From Blepharisma stoltei ATCC 30299 (taxonomy: Eukaryota > Protista > Ciliophora): DNA of 64,000 nucleotides. The position numbers and the translations under genes are program-made. The notes below the pieces were generated by a model. The model was not told the DNA's origin, made no database searches, and saw only the letters and a list, made by a program, of their open reading frames with translations. Location: NCBI GenBank assembly GCA_965603825.1, contig CBFDEM010000052.1, forward strand, positions 372,001 through 436,000. Direction: 5' to 3'. This document shows, in pieces, positions 47,669 to 59,600 of this stretch (positions are counted from its first letter, which is position 1; each line of letters opens with the position of its first letter).

Positions 47669-49000
47669 ATGGAAGACTATTCAAATCCTTTTGACGCTCC
47701 TTTTGAGATCAGCAATTTTGACCAGCCTGGCATTCATCCTTTTATTGGCTTACAAGAATCTTTAGATTCCCCTGATCCCGAGAAATTTACGCTTACTTCC
47801 GAAGTCCTTCGAAAACACCAGGACTCGCAGCCAAAATTTTCATTTCTTCACAAATTTTTACACGATCAGCGCCATGCGGCTGGCTATAATTCTCCTGAAG
47901 CCGAACATCAATCTCATGATAGAAATTGTTTTCCAAAACCAGCTATAGATGCTAAAACTATAAAATCTGATTATATTGATTCTCCTCAAGGGATTATGTC
48001 TCCAGAAAAAGAATTGCAGGCATCGCTTAACTACTCTGATTTAAAATGCCTTGAGGACATTAGAAAGAAAAAATTATTAGAGCCAGTACTTTCTATTTAG
48101 ATCAAATTTAATGTTATAGTTGTTGGGGATTCCGGGGTCGGAAAAACCTCATTTATAAATACTTTTTTATCTATGAAATTTAATAGATTTGTTCCTGAAG
48201 ACTTAGATAATAAAATGAGTAGGCCAACGATTAAAATAGAACAAAATTCAGCTATAAAGGTGGCTGGCGATTTAACTTATAAAGTTAATATGATTGATAC
48301 TCCTGGCTATGGAAAAGCTAAGAATTTTTCTATATGGCTAAAAGGTATCAAAAACTTTATAATTCACTCTGCGACCCAATATAAACATGCTAAAAAATCT
48401 ATACTGAAGCCAGAAGACACCAGGGTACATCTATGTCTATATTTTATTGAAGGCCCAAGATGTAAAGAGCGCGATCTCCGTGCTATGTTCCAGCTTCAAA
48501 AATATGTACAAATTATTCCAATTCTTGCAAAGGCAGACTCATATCAATCAAAAGAAGAAATAGAGGGCGTCAAGAGAAATCTCATTAACGAAATTTTTAA
48601 TAGTGAAATAAAACTTTTTGACTTCATGAGTGCTTTAGGAAATGACAAACATCTAATCACAAACGCACCGCTACAGCCCCTCCCACCATTTGCTGTTATT
48701 TCTGCTGCACAGCTAATTGAGACACAATCAAAAATTAAATATGGACGATCTTATCAATGAGGATTTTGTGATATTTCTGACAAAGAAACGTCTGATTTTT
48801 CAATTTTAAGCAAATTCCTTATGGGGTATTTTGTTGATTATGCAATTGGTGCAGCAAAAATAATCAATAAGAACAATTTGAGAGAAATTAAAAATAAAGT
48901 TAATGATACAAAAAAGAATGCGGGCATAGAGTCGATGAAAAGTAAGCTGCTGAAAGGTATGGTATGAGGATTGTTTGGGCTAATTTTGAAAGGGAATTAA
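47669..49000 (+). CDS. Septin with an N-terminal extension and a hydrophobic C-terminal tail, about 438 aa
   Basis: FNVIVVGDSGVGKTSFINT (G1), IDTPGYG (G3), DTRVHLCLYFI, IIPILAKAD (G4), PFAVI, GRSYQ-W(TGA 48758)-G septin unique element. Intron 48086-48100; TAA at 48998-49000. Confidence 0.92.
48086..48100 (+). other. 15-nt intron GTACTTTCTATTTAG
   Basis: GT..AG, A at position 10; removal links the N-terminus to the septin G1 motif. Confidence 0.88.
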
Positions 49001-49593
49001 ATGAAATATTAGTGTAAGATAATAATTGATATTAATAGTCAGTTATTTAAGGCGAAGCTTGAGCTGTGCATATATCTTGAGCATCTTCTAAAACAAAAAC
49101 AGTTTCTCACATGCTATTCTCCCTGACGTGATAGAATAATAATCTTCAGTAAACTGAGGAATGTGGCTATAAGAAACGGCTTATCGAAAGAATATTTATT
49201 GGCACATCCTATTCTAGAGCATTTCGAGTCATAAAACTCTTTCAGGTTATTAAAGCAGTGTTGAATTGTGCAAGAATCCCGAAATTGCATCCTTCAGACC
49301 TAGCCAACGAAAATTCAATATCATTTTTTTTCATTTAAACTGGACATGCTGCTAAGCCTTCATTTAACTTTATAGAAATGCCAAATTTTTCTTCTACTGA
49401 AACAATCTTTACTTCTTCATCACATATGTTGAAATTTCTTATAAATAGTCGAAACTGTGGATTAGATCGGAAGTATTACAAGCTTCAGAGGAATATTCAT
49501 AATTCTCTAAATTTATAAACTTTGAAAGTTGGACTGCTTATTTTTTTAAGATCAAAATAAAATTCCAGACTAATAATATATTTATACCATTTA

Positions 49594-52500
49594 TTATATC
49601 TGACTTAAATAATTTTCATTGATTCTTTCCAATTCTAATCAATATATTTTCCAAGCCAGCATCAGAGTTTGAGTATCTTTTGAAGTTTCAGCTCCCGATT
49701 CGCAGTCTGTGATTCTCCATGACCACTCTTCTACATCCAAGCTTTTCCACTTCTTTTCCCTTGCATTTTTCATCTTTTCAATAATAATCAATAACTCCTC
49801 TTTTTCTTTATCAATTATTTCTTTAGCTTTTTCGACAGAAATTTCTTGATTTAGGCTATATTTTTCTTTGACTTCATTAATTTTGAAAATATTGCTTTCA
49901 ATTGAAGCTATCTTCAGATCTTCTACATCTATGCTTTCGCTTTGCAGAAGGCTGATAATGCTTCTAAACCTATTTTTGACTGAAAAATCATCTATTGAGA
50001 AATCTTCATCTTTTGCAGGAATATTTATTTTATTTCCTACCATTTGTCTTATAACAATAAACAATAGCGATTTTGATAGTTGTTTTCTAACATTACATTT
50101 GAGTGCCCTTAAAATGAGAGAAATTCCGTCATGGATTTGCTTTTGATAATTTTCGTACTCTTCTACTACAATTTCAAGAAAAGTTTCTAATTCTATTAGA
50201 CCTGCCCCATTGATTCTCTTTGGGTCAGTTGAAATTATTTTATCCATTCGAGATAAAATGCTTGTATACACTGATTTATCAATATATTCAAAATTTTCTT
50301 TTAGGCATTCAGTCGCTCTCAGTGCAGGAAACATATTTACATCACTTGTATCTTGATACCCTGAAATGATGCCTAGTTTAGAGTTTAGCATGTATTCTAA
50401 GCAGCTGAGATAAAGAAACAGGCTCGGTTTTGAGTAATTAGTTGTACCAATTTTATGACCGCACTGTAAAAACTTTAAGAAAATATAAGACCTTCTCGAT
50501 TCTTTCGTGCATATCAATGAGGCTATAAAATCAATAAATTTTTTATAGCTAGGAGCTTTTATCCCATATTTTGAAAAAAATTGGTCATAAGCCAGCTCAG
50601 CTAAATTTTCAATAATTTCATCATCTCTTAATTTTTGTATGGCTGATTCATATATAGAAGCAATCAGCCGATTCACCATTTTTCTGCTCATAGTAGACTT
50701 TTTCTTCATATACTCTATTTTTTTGGCCATAAACTTGTATAATATAGTTAACGCAGGATTTGTTTTTTTCTGAGCTAAGTTTATTGCTCTCTTATGAAAT
50801 TGGAATTCCATTACTTTGGTAAGTTCTCTTCTTTTCTTTATAACTTTTTGAGCAAGTGCAGCAAATCCTGACTGCCGTCTTGAAGGGGAATTATCTTGTT
50901 TAATATCAGTTTTAGAACTATCAGAATCAGAATAATATTCATCTTTAAGCTCTTCTTCATCTACTTCTTCATCTGATGATACATTTTCACTAGGAGCATT
51001 TGAGTAAGAAATTTTATTTTCTCTTATAGCTTGCAAATATCCTTCAAGCTGGCCTTCTTCTAACCCAAAATTTTCTCCTTCAATAAACCCGACTGTTTTT
51101 CCTTTTTCATAGCCTACATGATAGCCTATAATTCATGAAGGCTTATCAAGATCTCCAGGGATTAATTTACTAATTTCATCGTCATCCACCACCAATTCTT
51201 CATTGCTGCGTTGAGCACTTAATTTTCCTCTTCTTCTAGAATCCGCCTGAGTATTTCTGCCGCTTGACGTATCTCTTTCAATTTCTTTTTCTTTTTTCTG
51301 GATTTCCTCATTTAATTTCTGTAAAATTTGCAATTTTTTTAGGATTTCTATGTCAATATCAGGGGCGTTCGAAGACCTTGCACTTGCTCCTTTTAATTTA
51401 CTTGATCTTTTTCCTTTAATTTTTATTGGGGATGATTCATCTTTTACTACTGCAGTTTTCCTTCTTTTATTAGTACGGTATTTTGTTCGCTTGGGGTCAT
51501 CTAATTCTTCTTGTGACCTCGATGTTAGTTGATTTTCAATTGTTTCTGTAAGATTTCAGCTATTTTGTGTGTTTTCTGTATCTTTAAGTTGCTTTGTGGG
51601 GGAGCAGTTGTTAGAATTAGTCCCTCGTGATTCGATTTCTTCTACGGCATCAACTTCTTTGATTGTTTTGAACTCTTCGGAGTCTCTTTTGTCTGAGGTT
51701 ATAAATATTTTGCCTTCGAAGCTGTTTGATTCTTCAGCTCGGTTTTTGATTGGAGTTTTTTTCAATTTTTTTGAATTTTGGGAAGATTTTTGATGGGTTT
51801 CTTGACTTTTTAAGTTTTTTTTGGAAACTTTTGAAGATGGACGGGAAAGGTCTTGCTGAATGGGCAAGTTTAATAGAGGTGCTTGCGAAGTTCTGGTATT
51901 TGAAGTGTTTATAATATCATTTGGTTCTTCGTAATCAGTTTGAATTCCAATATGTGCGTTACTTATTTCAGTCGTAGTACTAGGCTGGTTATTTTCGATT
52001 GATTTTTCATTTTTTGGTATGCATAGAATTTCGATTGATAACTGCTTTTGTATTTCCCACGCAGTTTCACTTATTTCTTTATAATCACTATCTTTATTAC
52101 TGATTTTTTCTTCAGCTTCTACCCCATTAAAGTCTTCAACCCCTTCTAAATCTTGCTGATTATTATTTGGTTCCTCCTCTATCTCGTGCTGACTTTTGTT
52201 ATCTCCTTCTAGCTCAGGCTGGCTGTTATTTTCCTCTTGAAATTGTTCATTATTTTCTATATCAATTTCTTGAGCAATTTCTTCATCAATAATCCTTTGG
52301 CTTTCATCTTGAGTTTGTAGCACATCTTGAGTTTGTAGTACATCTTTTATGTTTTCTGCACTTTCATGCAAAAATCCAGACAGTTCTGTAAACTGGATAG
52401 TATTTTGGCTTTGCTCTAGCTTGATTTCTTCATTTTTTCAATTAACCGTTGACACTTCTATCCTTTGAGGCTCTTTAATCACTTTTTTTAAGTTTGGCTG

Positions 52501-53472
52501 TTTAATAACGACTTCAGTGCTGCTAGTTTTCTTTTTTCATTCTTCTCTTTCTTGCATCAGTTTTTTCAAAGCTTCTTTTCATCTCTTTTTCATCAAAAGT
52601 GCATCCACTGAAAGCTTTAAAGTTTTGTCTTCACTTTTCTCAATCAAGCTTTGCAATTCTTCGATTTTTTCGTTCCTCTTTTTTATTTCTTTATCATATT
52701 TTTCTTTTATTTCTTTTATTTCATTCAATAATTTTTCTTCTTTTGCCTTTATTTTGCTTTCTCACTCTTTATCTTGTAGGCTAAACAATTCAGGAAACTT
52801 CATTAAAAGTTCTTTTAACAGTTCTCCTCTTTCAATACAGTGAACTGAAATTTGTCTTATTAGCTCTTTTCCGCACATTGAATAAATTGCATTTAAATCT
52901 TCAAAGGAGCCATGACTATGAGTCATATGGAAAAATCATTTCCTTAAATGGTCAATTTCTTGTCGGCCGCTTGGGTTGCCTAAATATCCTCTTTCAATAT
53001 TTTCTATAGTTTGTGGGTTTTGAATCTCATAAAAATCCAAGCTAGAAAAGCACCCAGATCGTGGGTGTTTTTCAAGCGCGTATTCTACACAAGTTTCTTT
53101 TCTACATGATATATGCTGAGGTTTGCCTTGTGGGGAAAATGAAATTGGGACTCCGTTTCAGTTGGAAGATTCCATTAGTTTTTTTAAGTGATTAATATCA
53201 GTCGGAAGAGGTGGGATTACAGGTAGATCGAGTGGCCTTAGCTTGTCCTTTATATAAGAAATATCACGTGAATTTTTAGTTATATATTTTTTCGATTTTG
53301 ATTTTTCTTTTTCTTTTTTAAGAAAATCTTTGATTTCTTCTGTACATATATTCGATAAAAATTTGCCTGAGCCGGATTTTGATGGTCTTCTATTAGTGTT
53401 TCTTAATACTGCAGGCAATTCTAAGGCATCGACTTTTAGAGGTGAAAATTCAACACTATGGTTTCTGTGCAT
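49594..53472 (-). CDS. Large AXDND1-like protein (axonemal dynein light chain domain, coiled coil, acidic region), about 1292 aa
   Basis: Four tracked ORFs share a frame and are separated only by TGA (gaps read manually). PSGRQEIDHLRKWF...IYSMCGKELIRQISVHCIERGELL resembles the DNALI1/AXDND1 domain. TAA at 49594-49596. Confidence 0.7.
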
Positions 53473-53522
53473 GATTATTTTTTCATTATGGATAATAAAT
53501 ACGTTTATGAGAAAAATATTAG

Positions 53523-54233
53523 TTATACACTTCGATAGCTATCTTGGATTAGCTTATAGTATTTTGACATTCTTTCTTTTATTTCTGAAGCTCTTTTCCA
53601 ATTCTCGCTACCAATATTTGGGCCTAGTCCACCTAGCATAATATATTTGCTTGGCCTTATTCTTATATAATCTTTCATTGTATACGGCTTATACCTCTTA
53701 ATAGAATCTGCAGTGGAATTTCTTGACGCATAAGAAAATTTCCCTGAGTTATTATTAGGAATTGGAGAAATACTTTTAGGTGGCGTTGGGGTTGCTTTAT
53801 ATTTTTCTTCATCTGCCGTTTTTTCTTGAGAGATGTCTAAGTCTTCTTTATCTTTTAAATCAACTGATTGGCTAACTTTTATATTTCGACGTGAGAGCTT
53901 ATTTGTATTGCTTTGGATATAATCTGAATGCTGTCTTCTATTCCTTTTTAATTTTTTATCGTCAACAATACAGGCGTTTTTTTGTGAAGCACTAGAAATC
54001 ATTGTGATTTTTTCGCTTGTTTTTATTTTTGGTAAAATTGGGGAGGCTTCACTTGAGTTTTTCGGGTTTTTTAATAGTAAAGAAGATGAATCTTGGTTTG
54101 CTTGGGCTGCAAAATAGCCATAGACTTGAGAATCTTTTATTGATTTGTCTATTGGAATTGAAACGGGGATATCGAAGTTTCCGTTGTGCTTGCTGAGCTT
54201 TATTTTAAAGCGTTTGAGAAAGCTGCTTTCCAT
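53523..54233 (-). CDS. JHY-like ciliary protein, 236 aa
   Basis: C-terminal YKPYTMKDY..MLGGLGPN..ERMSKY resembles the JHY (C11orf63) motif. Confidence 0.6.
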   Translation of the reverse strand: MESSFLKRFKIKLSKHNGNFDIPVSIPIDKSIKDSQVYGYFAAQANQDSSSLLLKNPKNSSEASPILPKIKTSEKITMISSASQKNACIVDDKKLKRNRRQHSDYIQSNTNKLSRRNIKVSQSVDLKDKEDLDISQEKTADEEKYKATPTPPKSISPIPNNNSGKFSYASRNSTADSIKRYKPYTMKDYIRIRPSKYIMLGGLGPNIGSENWKRASEIKERMSKYYKLIQDSYRSV

Positions 54234-54263
54234 TTAGTGATTATTTTTTTGTTAAATATGAAA

Positions 54264-54887
54264 TTACGTTGAATATGTAGCTGCTTTCCACCCTTCCAAG
54301 ACCAATTCAAGTCTTTTCAGCATATTTTCCATTTCTTCTGTCAAATTTCCTATGTGCCTAGGCTTGCTGACACTAACTTGCCTTTTTTTCTTCAGATGGC
54401 TCACAGGCATAAAATAAGGGCTCGCTAAGGCATTTTTTAATATTTGAACTTGTGAAGTTGTTCGACTTAGAGTAGTTACTGGACGATTTTGCATAAATTC
54501 GTCAAGTAGTGAAGATAAAGACTCCTCAATTGTGATTCTAGGGGTTCTTCTACTTTTTGGAGTTTCATTAGAACTTTTGGCAGATGAAATCCTATCAGTT
54601 AAGTTTAAGCTTGGCTGTGATGAGGAATTTCTGATTTTTGGTTTTGTTGAAGTAATAGTATTGTCTTTACTTGCAATAAACTTTTCTAAATCTTCTATTT
54701 GCAGGTCTTTTTCTTTTACTAAGCTTTTCAAAACTTTTACATGATTGGTTAATTCACTGATTCTTTGCTGGAGCTTATTTTTGTCATCTTGAAGCTTGCG
54801 AATTTCAATAGATTTCTCAGTAAGAAGCTTAATCATTTCTTGGTTTTGGAGCTTGATTAAGCTTTGAGTCAGTTTATTTACACTCAT
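54264..54887 (-). CDS. Hypothetical coiled-coil protein, 207 aa
   Basis: ATG-TAA ORF with N-terminal heptads. Confidence 0.65.
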   Translation of the reverse strand: MSVNKLTQSLIKLQNQEMIKLLTEKSIEIRKLQDDKNKLQQRISELTNHVKVLKSLVKEKDLQIEDLEKFIASKDNTITSTKPKIRNSSSQPSLNLTDRISSAKSSNETPKSRRTPRITIEESLSSLLDEFMQNRPVTTLSRTTSQVQILKNALASPYFMPVSHLKKKRQVSVSKPRHIGNLTEEMENMLKRLELVLEGWKAATYST

Positions 54888-54973
54888 TTAAGTATTTATG
54901 ATTATAATAATGGAACCTAATTTCTTTAAGCCTGCTCAATATAAAATTAAATATAAATTTTGAGATAATAGAA

Positions 54974-55858
54974 TTAAAGGAACACATTTTTTGCTCCAGT
55001 AAATGACCAAATATCCTGCGTTACATTTGGCTGAAAACTATAAAAATTTCGCCTGTTTTTCTCTTTTTCTTTCTTAAGTGCAGTATTCAGTCTTTTCTCC
55101 ATTCGTTTCTTAAAGCAAAGATACTTATACTCTGCATTCAATGAGTCAGCTTTTACTCTTATATAAGGAGATGCACTTTTTCCTTTATATACAGCTACAT
55201 ATTTTGTTATAATTTCTTCCTTATTATCTTTATATGCAGTTGCATTTTTCGGAAAAATATCTTCCTTGCTTTCTTCGTATAAAATTGCAGATTTCGCTAA
55301 AATATCTTCCTTATTTCCTTCATCATTAACAATATTTGTTTCATTAATTAGACTTCCTAAAGCATCATAATCTTTATCAATAACTGAAGTTTCAGGTCAC
55401 TGATTAAATACAAAATCAATTGTTTGTGTCTCAAGGATCCTTTTCTTATTTTTTTTATTCTTTTTTGCCATTTTAGGGGTTTCTGTTTCCTCTGTTTTTG
55501 GTATAAAAATTTCATATACTTTTGGGACTTTTATTTCAGTTTTAAATGGAGATGATCTAGACGTAATCGTTGAGGAATGGTCATAGTTGACTGATGGTAA
55601 TCTGATAGGTGAAGATTTTTTATAGGTTTTCTTTAAATTAGATGAAAATAAGTTTCTGTGCTTCTCTTCAAGCCTTTTGCTTTCTTCAACTGCTTTTAAT
55701 CAGTTTGTTTTAATTGGATTAAGCTTTGGAAAGTTTTTTGGATTTGCTTCTGTCCCTTTAGAAAGAGATAAAGCAATATTGGCTTTAATTAGATTCTTTT
55801 CTTTGTCAGATATAAGAGGATCATCTGTGTAGCTATTTCTTGAAGAATTTTTATTCAT
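54974..55858 (-). CDS. Hypothetical protein, 294 aa (absent from the ORF track)
   Basis: ATG 55858 (MNKNSSRNSYTDDPLISDKEK...) reads through two TGA codons to TAA 54974-54976. Confidence 0.65.
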
Positions 55859-55890
55859 ATTAATCGCCAAATCTATTATTTCCTATAAAG

Positions 55891-56601
55891 ATGAAACCAA
55901 CTAGACCTCTCTCAGAATCAAAACGTGCAAAATCACACAATAACTCCCTCCTTTGTACAAGTCCTAAAGGTCACACATTAACAAACCAATTTTCTTCTAA
56001 TGACTCCACATCTCATTTAGAAAACTATACAACTCAAAAAGAGACAGCCAAACAAATCAAATTAAATTTCGACGAAATACCCCAAAGAAGGAAAAAAAGC
56101 AAACACATGACTTTAATACTTAACGACCTAATTGAAAAAGAATGAAAAAACATGCCAATCAAAAGAGTTGAGTCTCCTAAAAAAGAAACTAATAATCGCC
56201 ATCATAGAAACAAAACTGATATATTAAGTCCCCTCGCACAAATTAATCAAAGGCTTAGGCCAACTTCTCAATATTTTTCTGTTAGAAAACTAAGATCAAC
56301 AACACTATTAAGAAGCTCGAAATCTCCTAAAGGTACTATGAAGTTTGAAATAAATCAAAATTCCCCTTTAGCTCGAGGATCTCCTATCAAATTTCCTCAA
56401 GGAAAAGCAAAGAATCAAGACGACGCAATTCAGCTGGGAACCGAAAACATCCTATCAAAACTGTACGAGCAAAGCATAAGGCTACAAAAATACTTACGCC
56501 AAAAAGATACCCCACATATATTAGAACGAAAACTTAAAAAATTAAATGATCTGATTCACAAAGAAAATAGCAAATTAGCGAATTCGTATTTTTCACTATA
56601 A
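55891..56601 (+). CDS. Hypothetical basic protein, 236 aa
   Basis: Two ORFs joined by TGA 56143. Confidence 0.65.
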
Positions 56602-56616
56602 ATATATGTTAGTTAA

Positions 56617-59600
56617 TTATCGTGTTATAAGCAAATATTCTTTAAAAAATTTCCGAACCTCTTCTCTGATTCTTAAATCGTCAACTACAATTAGGTCTAC
56701 TATTTGGGCGCCGATTTTGGAGGCTGCTTCTTTAATATTTTTGCTTAATCCAGGCAATAACTGATTAGCTATAATAGGCTCAAGGTTGGTAATTTCTTGT
56801 TTTCTTTCTGCTCCTAGTTGGTCTTTATTGATTATATCAGTCAATAAAATTTTTGATAGCGTGTAAATTTTTTCAGAAATTGTAAGATCTTTGGTAGAAA
56901 ATTCAAATAAATAATTTAAAATGCAAGATAAAGATTCTTTTTCTATATTGAAGAGGCCAGGAAGGGTGTTTATGTCGCCTAAAAAGCCTGCTTGTCATAA
57001 GGTTGTCCTGTGGCTAATGTTATTATCATAATTTCTTGAGTAATTATAGACTTCTTCCAAAATTGATATAAATTTTACAGATGGTTCTAACGGGAATTTT
57101 GAAACGAATTTTTTCCCGATATCGTTACAAGCTTCAATTAATTGGCGCTGAATAATGCATTTTTCTAAGCATAAAGCAATATCAAATGTTAGTTTTCCTT
57201 CAATTAAATCATCTCTAAGCTCATATGGAGTTGTAATTTTCAGCAATTCTTCGAATTTTGATAAAAAACAAACCCAAATTATTTCATTAAAATTTGCTCC
57301 TGATGCTTCAGCTAGGCTTTTTATCGTCAAAATACTGATCTTTGCTAGCTGCTCATGAAGGCTTGAAACTCCTCTTCCTAGCATTTCTAAAAAATCAGGT
57401 ATTAAAAAGCTTAAATGGTTATAGCTCTCTGTAAGCAGTTGAACAACCAGTTTAAAAGTCTGTTGACAAGTAGTATGCACCCACTCTTTATCTGAGCTTG
57501 ACCCATACTGAAAATCATCAAATATCGGCAAAAGAATCCCAGAATAAATCACTTTCCACTGTTCTTCATTATATTTTCCATCAATTCTTTTCAATGACCC
57601 AAACAAGTTTTCTAAAGCTTTTAACCTAATCTGTTCTCTAGGATCAGAAACTCTTCCTGCAATAGCTGAAATCAGCGTATATAAAAATCCAGGCTGAATT
57701 TTTTCATTTAAAATTTCTTCTATGCACTTACTCATTAAATCAAAGCTTTTAATACAAATAATCTCATTTGAATTTCCTGTGAAAAGGCATAAACAGTTAA
57801 CTAATTCTTGAATATTTTCGGAGACTAATCCTAAATGTTTTTCAATGATCATTGAAATTGCCTGGAATGCTTGCTCAGGAATTGACCCTGATGTGTATTT
57901 TGCTGCTGTTTGAAATACTTCAAAAATATTATGCCAGCCTGAGTGTATGTTATGAACCAGAGTAAACACAAAAGTGCACATGCAGGCTACAACTAGCTCT
58001 TTTACTTGGGCATTTTGGCTTTGTTTAAAAATCAAGTCAAACGGATATAAAAATTCTTTTTGGAAGTGGAAATTAGTAGACTCTTCTTTTTGCAAAAACT
58101 TTATAGCAAGCTGTTTTAATGAGTCAACTGCAAAAATTGCAATAAATTGATTATGATGTAGTCCCGACTTGTAAAAATGCTCTTTTAAAACAGTCCAAAG
58201 TCTGCTCCACACATAGCGGATTCTGTTCATATTTACATCAGCAACATTAACCAGTGCTTGCAAACAAAAAGTTTGTGGGTGTTCATTCCACAGTTCTTCT
58301 TTAGAAACTTCTACTAACTTTGACACAAATTCCACAATGTTATCGTCATCTAGCCCAGCTGACATATTAAAAATATAATCAATTTCATCAGGACTTATCT
58401 GTGCAGAGATACTTTCAGAGACATGAATTTCGAGTTCTGTTGCTGGCCCATCATACTCAGCCCCTGAATTCAACAAATGCAGATGGTCTAGTTTAGAAAG
58501 ACATTTAATTACATGCACCCATGAGCCTTTTAGGCAATTTGCTTCTAGTTTTGCAATTTCTAGCAGAAGTTTGACACATTCTATGTTTTTTTCTGTAATA
58601 AGATTGTTTAAGTATATAAGGGATGTAAATTTGGCAAGGGATGATAAAAAAATTTCAATTTCAAGGGTCATGCCAAACCTGCAGGAAATTTTTATGCAGG
58701 CTAAATAGCCTTGCATACAGAGTCGCCAAAATTTTGGGTCATCAGATTCTTCTAAAATAATTGAAAAAGTTGCTAATAGTGGGTGCCATAATGCGTTAAA
58801 CATAGTTTTGAGGTAGTCAATATCTGTAGCTTCATGATAAACAGTTGATTTTCTGGCTTTTTTAATCATATTGTGCCCTTTATTTAACATTTTTTCGCTT
58901 TCTTTTGCATAAAGCTCTTGCTTTTTTAATCCTGCCATTTCTAATTTATCTCTGGCTTCTTCATCTTCTTCTAAAGTAAATGGATGGTCTTTGACATTAT
59001 TATAAATTTCTTCTAAATATTTATGATCTAAGTCTTTTCCTTGGTCAATCCCTGTATTAATCATAATAAATCCTGAAAGAGTCATTTTATTTTTATTTGC
59101 TGGGTTATGTAAATCTGTCTGCAGCATCATAATAGCAAAAGACAAAACATATACAGAATCAGCTGTACTGAATTTTTCAGGGTTATCTTTATAGTATTTT
59201 TCTGCAAAAGTTTGCATAATTTTATCAATTTTTTGCCCTTCGCCAGGAATTCTAAAAGAAGTTAAAAATATTCTGATTGCTTCTACAAGGTCGATCCCTT
59301 GGAATGAATGTAAATGGATAAACTCATATAAAACCTGCGAATTTAAATCTTTGTCTCGGCCAAGATAGTCTCCCAACATTGTTTTATCGATTCCTGGCGT
59401 GAGTTTTAAAAATGTGGCGATTTCTTGAGGAGAATTAGAATTAAGGTAGCCATTATCATCTAAAAATTTTATTCCTTGGGCTGGATTTATGTTAAATTTT
59501 GATACAGCTCTGGAAAGACATGATTTAAGCTGCTTATTCTTTTCAAATTGATCTGAAGCAATAGAAAAGTTATTAGTAGCTTCAGATCCAGAATCACTCA

